Assembly: GCA_946615975.1 (NCBI GenBank)
Contig: CAMOID010000003.1
Coordinates: forward strand, 1 to 51,448
Source of the DNA: an uncultured Bacillales bacterium
Lineage (GTDB): Bacteria; Bacillota_I; Bacilli_A; RF39; UBA660
DNA length: 51,448 nt
Direction: 5' to 3'
Notes under the pieces: model-generated
Database searches by the model: none
Seen by the model: only the letters and a program-made list of their open reading frames with translations
Told to the model about the DNA's origin: nothing
Translations under genes and position numbers: made by a program
Part shown: positions 26,758 to 33,160 of the stretch, piece after piece
How positions within the stretch are numbered: position 1 is the first letter of the stretch
Layout: every line of letters begins with the position of its first letter

Positions 26758-27289
26758 AGTTATTGAATATATTAAAAAGAATTATTTATTTGTTGGAATT
26801 ATATTATTAGTTATTATTCTTTTAGTAGTACTAGTTACAGTAAGACTAAATAAAAAAGAATTAACTTGGGAACCTATTGAAGGTGAAGTATCATATGATA
26901 TTAAAAGACATGAAGCAAATGAATATAAAATAATTTCTGTTGAAGATCAAGATATATCTATAGCTTATTATAAGAATTGGGTTTATTTATTAATTAATAA
27001 TCCTGAAGAAGCTTATACAATGTTATCTAAACGTTCTTTAAAAGAATATCCTACATATGAAAAATTTAAAGAATGGGTTGATAGATATGTTACAGTTAAA
27101 ACTAAAGATAGTACTTTAACTGGATATAAATATGAAGAAAAAGGTGGACACAACGAAATAGTTGTTTCTACATCAGAACATATGAGATATCGTTTTAACG
27201 AATATTCTGTATGGAATTATAAAGTTGATATTATTGGACAAGAAAGAGTAATTGAAAAAACAACAACAATTACTACTAAGAAAAAATAA
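26750..27289 (+). CDS. N-terminally TM-anchored T4SS accessory protein (second VirB8-like candidate)
   Basis: Start ATG 26750 lies behind GGAGGTGA and overlaps the upstream stop (ATGAGTAG). One TM helix, then a ~140-aa alpha+beta domain and a Thr/Lys tail. Confidence 0.45.
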   Translation: MSRVIEYIKKNYLFVGIILLVIILLVVLVTVRLNKKELTWEPIEGEVSYDIKRHEANEYKIISVEDQDISIAYYKNWVYLLINNPEEAYTMLSKRSLKEYPTYEKFKEWVDRYVTVKTKDSTLTGYKYEEKGGHNEIVVSTSEHMRYRFNEYSVWNYKVDIIGQERVIEKTTTITTKKK

Positions 27290-27327
27290 TATAAAATAAA
27301 AAAATAAAGTGAAAGGAGGTGCGTCTT

Positions 27328-28992
27328 ATGCCAGTACCTGTTATTATTGCCGGTGGAGCTGCTGCTGCCGCTGCTGCCGGAGGTGGAGCTGCTGCTGGTG
27401 GTGCTGCTGCTGCCGGTGGAGCTGCTGCCGCTGCTGGTGGAGCTGCTGCTGCTGGTGGTGGAGCTGCCGCTGCTGGTGGTACTGCTGCCGCTGCTAGTGG
27501 TACTGCTGCCGCTGCTAGTGGAACTGCCGCTGGTGCTGCAACTGCGACTGGTGCCGGAGCTGCAACTGCAACTGGTACCGGAGCTGCAACTGCAACTGGA
27601 GCTGGAACTGCTGGTGCTGCAACTGGAACTGGAGCTGGATCAACTGCTGCTTCTCAAGCGGGAACTCAAATTGCTCGTCAAGGATTACAAGAAGGTGCAA
27701 AACAAGGAGTAAAAGAAGCGGGCAAAGAAGCTGCTAAGGAAACAGCAAAGGAAAGTGCAAAAGAAGCTGCAAAAGAAAGTGCAAAAGAAACAGCCAAAGA
27801 AAGCGCTAAAGAAAGTGCAAAAGATACTGTTAAAGAAGAAGCTAAAGAGCAAGCAAAAGAGCAAGCTAAGGAACAAGCAAAAGAGCAAGCAAAAGAACAA
27901 GCTAAGGAAAAAGAAAAAGAAGATTTAAAAAAGAAGCTTGAAGATGAGCTTGAAGATCAAATGAATCAAAATGATGAAGATGATGATGACGCACCTCAAG
28001 AAACTACTTCTGGTGGTGTTTCTGATGGAAGAGTTCCATATGATAGAAATCAATCACAAGGAAGCGGACAAAGAAGAACAACTCCTAATAGACAAGAAGG
28101 GGTAGTTAATAATAATGGCTCTCAAGGAGCTCAATCAAATGATAATGAATTAAAAACTGACGAAGAAAAGAAAGCAGAACAAAAGCAAAAAAAGGCTGAA
28201 CAAAAAAATCAAACTAAAGAACAAAAGAAAGAAGCCAAACAACAAAAGAAAGAAGAAAAGAAAGAAAGCGGTTCTGGTGGAGGAATCGTAAGTCGTTTCA
28301 TAAGTAGAAAAATTATGGCTTTTGTTATTAGTGGTATTCTTGGATTTGTTGGATTAATGATGCTTATTATAATTATTTTGTTGCCAACTTTAATAATTGC
28401 TGGTGCAATTATGGAAGTTACTGATTGGATTAAAGATGGAGTAAATGCAATTGGTGAATTTGTTGGAGATTTAATTGGTGGAATAGGTTCTGATGATTTA
28501 GTTATAGAAATAGATCCATCGGATATTCCAGAAGATTTTGATTTATCTAAAAATAATCCTGCATGGGATAAAGCAACTCCAAATGGACGAGCAATTGCTG
28601 TTGCTGCTGTTAATATTGTTAGATTAAATAAACCATATTTATATGGAGGACATCCAACTGGGCCATATCCTGATGGTATACCAGATACTGGTCTTGATTG
28701 TGCTGGTTTTGTACAAGCATCTATTTGGACTGGTATTGGAAGAAATCCAGGATATTTAACAACACAAGCTATATCTGATGGTATAGGTTCTACGTTTATG
28801 CAAATTGATTGTAGTGATTTACAAGTAGGAGATATTGGATTAAAACGTAGAGGTGGAAGTGTAGATGGTAATACAAATCACACAGGTGTTTATATCGGAA
28901 ACAATCTGTGGGCGCATGCTGCTGGTAAAAAGACAGGTATGGTAATAAGTACTTATTCTAATTTTAAAATATGTTTAAGATATAATGGGTGA
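27328..28992 (+). CDS. NlpC/P60 cell-wall endopeptidase with a ~320-aa low-complexity N-terminal region and a central TM segment
   Basis: C-terminal GLDCAGFVQASIW (catalytic Cys) and NHTGVYIGNNLWAHAA (His). A hydrophobic stretch (FVISGILGFVGLMMLIIIILLPTLIIAGAIM) precedes the domain. Start ATG 27328 is 6 nt after AAGGAGGTG. Confidence 0.85.
   Translation: MPVPVIIAGGAAAAAAAGGGAAAGGAAAAGGAAAAAGGAAAAGGGAAAAGGTAAAASGTAAAASGTAAGAATATGAGAATATGTGAATATGAGTAGAATGTGAGSTAASQAGTQIARQGLQEGAKQGVKEAGKEAAKETAKESAKEAAKESAKETAKESAKESAKDTVKEEAKEQAKEQAKEQAKEQAKEQAKEKEKEDLKKKLEDELEDQMNQNDEDDDDAPQETTSGGVSDGRVPYDRNQSQGSGQRRTTPNRQEGVVNNNGSQGAQSNDNELKTDEEKKAEQKQKKAEQKNQTKEQKKEAKQQKKEEKKESGSGGGIVSRFISRKIMAFVISGILGFVGLMMLIIIILLPTLIIAGAIMEVTDWIKDGVNAIGEFVGDLIGGIGSDDLVIEIDPSDIPEDFDLSKNNPAWDKATPNGRAIAVAAVNIVRLNKPYLYGGHPTGPYPDGIPDTGLDCAGFVQASIWTGIGRNPGYLTTQAISDGIGSTFMQIDCSDLQVGDIGLKRRGGSVDGNTNHTGVYIGNNLWAHAAGKKTGMVISTYSNFKICLRYNG
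27349..27654 (+). repeat. GC-rich imperfect triplet-repeat tract (GCT/GCC/GGT/GGA/ACT) encoding an Ala/Gly/Thr low-complexity region
   Basis: Reads as (GCT)n-GGT/GGA blocks, two copies of ACTGCTGCCGCTGCTAGTGG, and repeated GGAGCTGCAACTGCAACTGG units. My hand count for 27361-27420 is 43 G+C out of 60. Several reading frames on both strands are open here. Confidence 0.9.
27694..27924 (+). repeat. In-frame 12-nt periodic repeats encoding (A-K-E-x)n
   Basis: The protein reads AKQGVKEAGKEAAKETAKESAKEAAKESAKETAKESAKESAKD..., followed by five EQAK/AKEQ units at 27841-27906 (GAGCAAGCAAAA / GAACAAGCTAAG). Confidence 0.85.
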
Positions 28993-29000
28993 TGTGTGAT

Positions 29001-29648
29001 ATGAAAAAAGTATTAAGTTTATTTATAGTAATTTCATTATTTATTTTTATGCCTGTAGTTAAAGCAGAAAATTTTAGTAGATTTACTATTAGAACATCTG
29101 TTTCAAATAGTATAAATATTAATGAATTATCATCTATTATTGTATATATGGCTATACCAGGTGAAGATGATTTTAGAGAAATAGAATTAAATAGAAGAGA
29201 TCTATTTAACTATGAAACATTTGATATGCCTGATGGAAGTGAATTTGATAATGCCATTGTATATGGTGATAAAATTGGAAAATATAATATAAAAGGTGAA
29301 TTAACAAAAAAAGAAGGACCTAATGTAGCTACATTATATTTAACTGTACATCTAAATGGAGAAAATCCAATGATTACAACAACTACTACAACTACAACAA
29401 CTACAAAATCTCAACAAGTTGTAGCAGACGATGATATTATAATTGTAGATGATGATGGTAATGTAAAAACTACTGCATCAAATGATATTCCAACAGTAGT
29501 AATCACATCATCTCAATCTTCAATTAGTAGTGCTGCTAGAAATAGACTAGAACTATATAAATATGTATTAATGATAGTTGTAGCTTTACTTGTCATTGTT
29601 GGATTAATGATAGTTGTAAAGATTATAAGAACTTCTAACTTAATGTAG
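29001..29648 (+). CDS. Secreted surface protein with a poly-Thr stalk and a C-terminal TM anchor
   Basis: Signal peptide MKKVLSLFIVISLFIFMPVVKA/ENF, a ~100-aa globular part, T10 (ACA/ACT x10 at 29376-29405), a Ser-rich segment, a C-terminal hydrophobic helix and RTSNLM. No LPXTG motif. Confidence 0.6.
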   Translation: MKKVLSLFIVISLFIFMPVVKAENFSRFTIRTSVSNSININELSSIIVYMAIPGEDDFREIELNRRDLFNYETFDMPDGSEFDNAIVYGDKIGKYNIKGELTKKEGPNVATLYLTVHLNGENPMITTTTTTTTTTKSQQVVADDDIIIVDDDGNVKTTASNDIPTVVITSSQSSISSAARNRLELYKYVLMIVVALLVIVGLMIVVKIIRTSNLM

Positions 29649-29712
29649 CAAAAAAATAATATATATACTATAATTTTAATAGATAATAGTAAAAGAAAGT
29701 GAGGGGATAATC

Positions 29713-32493
29713 ATGAAATTAAATGTTAAAGTTACATCAAAAGATTTAACTATTTTTATCATATTTTCAGTTATATTATTTTATGTATGTTCTATAACTG
29801 TACTTAACATTATGTCTATGGTTAACGAAGGCGAATTTGCTGGTTTAAATCCATTTCCTGCATTATTACCTCCTTATGTTCTATTTACTGTAATTATTTT
29901 TGTATGTGTAGAAATAGGTATTATTTTAAGCGTAAAAGATACTATCTTTGACTTTGGTGATGGAATTGGTTTAACAATCGGTGAAAAAGAATCTAAAGGT
30001 TATTCAAGATGGTTTACTGAAAAAGAAATGAAGAAAGCCTACAAAGTATATAAAGTAGGTGTTAAAGATAAAGATGCAGATCAAGCTGGTGTAGTATTTA
30101 TCAATGATGGTAAAGATATGTGGGTTGATGATTCTGAAAACCATACATTAGTTATTGGTACTACTGGATCAGGTAAAACTTCTGCAGTAGTTAATCCATT
30201 AATCTATAGTTTAATTAAACATAGAGAATCAATGGTTATAACTGACCCTAAAGGTGAAATTTATTCTGGATTTGCTAATTTACTTAAAGATAGAGGATAT
30301 AAAATAGTTGTATTAAACTTCCGTAATCCTAATTTAGGTAATGCATGGAATCCATTAACATTACCTTATAGATTATATAAAGAAGGTAATGTTGATAAAG
30401 CATCCGAATTAATTGATGACGTTGCATCAAATATTATTAAAGATAAAAAATCTCAAGATCCATTCTGGGAAAATTCATCAGCTGACTACTTTGCTGGTTG
30501 TGCTCTTGGATTAATGGAAGATGGTACTGAGGAAGAATGTAATATTAATTCAATTAACTATATGACTACTGTCGGTGAAGAAAAGATAGGTAGTAAAACG
30601 TTTATTCAAGAATATTTCACTATGAAAGGTGAAAATTCAAATGCATATGTATTTGCATCAAATACAATTAATTCACCTAATGAAACAAAAGGTGGTATTT
30701 TAGCTGTATTTAGATCAAAAATAAGATTATTTGCATCACGTGAACAATTATCTGAAATGTTATCACATTCAGACTTTGATATGGAAATGATTGGTAAAGA
30801 ACCAACTGCTGTATTTATTGTTATACATGATGAAAAGACAACATACCATGCTTTAGCAACAATCTTTGTTAAACAATGTTATGAAACATTAATATCTGTT
30901 GCACAAGCTAATGGTGGACCACTTCCAGTTAGAACAAACTTTATTCTTGATGAGTTTGCTAATATGCCAGCGTTGAAAGATGTTACAACAATGGTTACTG
31001 CTGCTCGTTCAAGACAAATAAGATTCACATTCATTATCCAAAACTTCTCACAATTAAATGAAGTATATGGTAAAGAAGATGCTGAAACAATTAGATCTAA
31101 CTGTCAAAACTTAATATATATCTTAACTACTGAGTTATCTGCTCTTGAAGAAATATCTAAGTTATGTGGTGAAGTAAAGAGTAAGAAAGATGATAAGACT
31201 GAATCTCATCCATTAATTACTGTATCTGATTTACAAAAATTAAAGATGAATGAAGTTATTATTTTAAGAAATAGATTACATCCATTTAAGACTGTATTAA
31301 AACAAGGATTTAATACAGACTGGGGTGATTCAGAATTCGATAAACATGCTGAATTCGTAGAAAGAGAAAAAACAGAAATCAAATATTTTGATTTAAAGAA
31401 TTTTGTTACTGTTAGAAAACGTAGTAAAGGTGAAGATATCACTCAACAAAAATCTCCATTTGGAGGAATGGGTGGTAATCCATTCGGTGGAGGAGCTAGT
31501 CCATTTGGTGGAGGAGCTAATCCATTTGGCGGTGGAGGTGGAGCGAAGATTCCATCATTTGAAGAATTCATGGCTCAACGTAATAAAGAAAAAGCTGAAA
31601 GAGCTAAAATGGAACCTGTTAAACCAGATATGGGTAAACCAAATTTTGATATCGATGATTTAGTTAAGAGAATAGATGCTAAGATAGCAGAATTAGAAGA
31701 AGAACAAAGAAGAGAAGAAGAGGAACAAGCAAGAAAACTTGGAGGGTCTGCTGCACCTTCAGGAGCACCTGCTATTCCAGTTAATCCTTTAGATGTATCA
31801 TTAGATACTAAAGAACCTTCTCAACCATTTGTTGAAAAGAAACCATTTATTGATCCAATTATGGATGAGGAAATATCTGAAGTTCCAGTTAATAATACAG
31901 GTATTAAAACATTTGAAGATATTATTAGAGAAGCAAATGCACCTGCTATGGAAACTAAGAAGGAAGAACCTAAACCATCTGTAATGATTAGTACTCCAAT
32001 TGATGAAGTACCAAATACTAGAGTATCTGATGTTGATGATAATGTTTCAAATAAACCAACATCTCCTACAAGTGCTCCTGATACAACTCCTCCAAAAGAA
32101 GTTGATAAAACTAAGTTATCTGGAATTGTTGATCCAACAAATATGACATTTGAATCATTTATGAATAGTAATGGAGCAAATATTCCAACTAATAATACTA
32201 TTCCAAGTAATATAAATGTTAATCAAGCATCAACTGTTTCAACTATGGAAGTACCTGATGCTCCAGTAACACCAGATGTACCAACACAAGTTGTTAACAA
32301 TGATACAGTTGTTACACCAATTATTCATCAACCACAACAACAAGTTGTTATTAATACTACAGTTAAAAAACCAATTCAAACTCAAGTACAAGTTGATACA
32401 GGTGTTAACAATATCAAAGTTGATACTCAATCACAAGTTGTTCCACAACAACCTGAAGATGAAGATTTCTTTGATGATTTCTTTGAGGAATAA
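29713..32493 (+). CDS. VirD4/TraG-type type IV coupling protein with a ~350-aa disordered C-terminal extension
   Basis: Two N-terminal TM helices, Walker A VIGTTGSGKTSAVVNP, DPKGE, DPFWENSSADYF, Walker B NFILDEFANMP, RSRQIRFTFIIQNFSQL. RBS AGTGAGGGG. Confidence 0.88.
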   Translation: MKLNVKVTSKDLTIFIIFSVILFYVCSITVLNIMSMVNEGEFAGLNPFPALLPPYVLFTVIIFVCVEIGIILSVKDTIFDFGDGIGLTIGEKESKGYSRWFTEKEMKKAYKVYKVGVKDKDADQAGVVFINDGKDMWVDDSENHTLVIGTTGSGKTSAVVNPLIYSLIKHRESMVITDPKGEIYSGFANLLKDRGYKIVVLNFRNPNLGNAWNPLTLPYRLYKEGNVDKASELIDDVASNIIKDKKSQDPFWENSSADYFAGCALGLMEDGTEEECNINSINYMTTVGEEKIGSKTFIQEYFTMKGENSNAYVFASNTINSPNETKGGILAVFRSKIRLFASREQLSEMLSHSDFDMEMIGKEPTAVFIVIHDEKTTYHALATIFVKQCYETLISVAQANGGPLPVRTNFILDEFANMPALKDVTTMVTAARSRQIRFTFIIQNFSQLNEVYGKEDAETIRSNCQNLIYILTTELSALEEISKLCGEVKSKKDDKTESHPLITVSDLQKLKMNEVIILRNRLHPFKTVLKQGFNTDWGDSEFDKHAEFVEREKTEIKYFDLKNFVTVRKRSKGEDITQQKSPFGGMGGNPFGGGASPFGGGANPFGGGGGAKIPSFEEFMAQRNKEKAERAKMEPVKPDMGKPNFDIDDLVKRIDAKIAELEEEQRREEEEQARKLGGSAAPSGAPAIPVNPLDVSLDTKEPSQPFVEKKPFIDPIMDEEISEVPVNNTGIKTFEDIIREANAPAMETKKEEPKPSVMISTPIDEVPNTRVSDVDDNVSNKPTSPTSAPDTTPPKEVDKTKLSGIVDPTNMTFESFMNSNGANIPTNNTIPSNINVNQASTVSTMEVPDAPVTPDVPTQVVNNDTVVTPIIHQPQQQVVINTTVKKPIQTQVQVDTGVNNIKVDTQSQVVPQQPEDEDFFDDFFEE
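31453..31545 (+). repeat. Tandem 21-nt in-frame repeats encoding PFGGG(A/G)(S/N)
   Basis: CCATTCGGTGGAGGAGCTAGT / CCATTTGGTGGAGGAGCTAAT / CCATTTGGCGGTGGAGGTGGA, preceded by a degenerate copy (SPFGGMGGN). Confidence 0.85.
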
Positions 32494-32522
32494 AAAAAGG
32501 AAATTAAATTTTCCTTTTTTTT
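32493..32522 (+). terminator. Rho-independent terminator ending the T4SS block
   Basis: A-run, AGGAAA...TTTCCT hairpin, then T8. Confidence 0.65.
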
Positions 32523-32553
32523 ATTTATATAATTTTATATAATAGTAATGTGA

Positions 32554-33150
32554 TTGAATATGTTAGGTAGTATAAGTGATATAAGTAATTATTTGCAAGA
32601 TTTCCTAATTAGTATAGGTATATGGGGAGGATTATTAGGTATTTTATTAATAGTAGTAGAATCTATTTTACCTTTTCTTCCTTTATGTGTTTTTATTACA
32701 TTAGTGTTTTTAACATTTGGTAATATAATAGGCTTTTTTATATGTTGGATTGCAACAGTAATGGGATGTTTATTATCTTTTACTATAAGTAAAAAAATGA
32801 AGAATTGGATTCATAAACATATTAAAAAGAGTAAATATCATAAAAAAGTAGATGACATGATGATGTATATAGGAGAAATGAAAATATCTAGTTTAGCTAT
32901 GTTAGTAGCTGTTCCATTTACTCCTGCATTTGTTGTTAATATTGCTGCAGGTTTATCTGATATGTCATATAAAAAGTTTTTAGTATCTATGCTTATAGGT
33001 AAAACATTTATGGTTTATTTTTGGGGATATGTTGGAGTAAATATGATTGAATGTTTTACTCATCCAATATATTTAGTAAAAATATTATTAATGGTATTTA
33101 TTGCCTATATATTAGGTAAAATTGTTAATAAATATGTTAAAGTAGATTAG
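32554..33150 (+). CDS. TVP38/TMEM64 (DedA-related, SNARE-associated) family membrane protein
   Basis: VVESILPFLPLCVF...GNIIGFFICWIATVMGCLLSF pattern with 5-6 TM helices. The start could be TTG 32554 or ATG 32560. Confidence 0.7.
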   Translation: MNMLGSISDISNYLQDFLISIGIWGGLLGILLIVVESILPFLPLCVFITLVFLTFGNIIGFFICWIATVMGCLLSFTISKKMKNWIHKHIKKSKYHKKVDDMMMYIGEMKISSLAMLVAVPFTPAFVVNIAAGLSDMSYKKFLVSMLIGKTFMVYFWGYVGVNMIECFTHPIYLVKILLMVFIAYILGKIVNKYVKVD

Positions 33151-33160
33151 AGGTATTTAT

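Larger units (their letters stand above)
18404..32522 (+). other. Gram-positive conjugation-type type IV secretion gene cluster (single operon-like block, no DNA-processing or integration genes)
   Basis: Eleven tightly packed or overlapping co-oriented ORFs, bounded by the tmk terminator and the terminator at 32493-32522. See the individual CDS entries. Confidence 0.8.

Noticed and set aside
27309-27900. Four extra ORFs over the GC-rich tract: 27309-27497(+) Cys/Trp-rich, 27347-27712(+) Leu/Pro/Val-rich, 27515-27700(-) Gln/Leu-rich, and 27685-27900(-) Phe/Cys/Leu-rich.
   Set aside because: These are artefacts of the triplet and 12-nt repeats, which lack stop codons in several frames. Only the frame starting at ATG 27328 has a strong SD and continues into a bona fide NlpC/P60 domain.
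29713-32493. The possibility that the large ATPase is an FtsK/SpoIIIE-type type VII secretion EssC, or a Tn916 Orf21/TcpA-type translocase, rather than VirD4.
   Set aside because: It has a single ATPase domain with VirD4/TraG-type motifs (DPKGE, DPFWENSSADYF, ILDEFANMP, IIQNFSQL) and two N-terminal TM helices. It co-occurs with VirB4 and VirB6 homologues. No WXG100, EsaA or EssB-like genes are present.
18372-32522. Prophage or phage-like element.
   Set aside because: There are no terminase, portal, capsid, tail, holin or repressor-like ORFs. The hydrolases sit with VirB4, VirD4 and VirB6 homologues, which is the signature of a conjugation-type apparatus.
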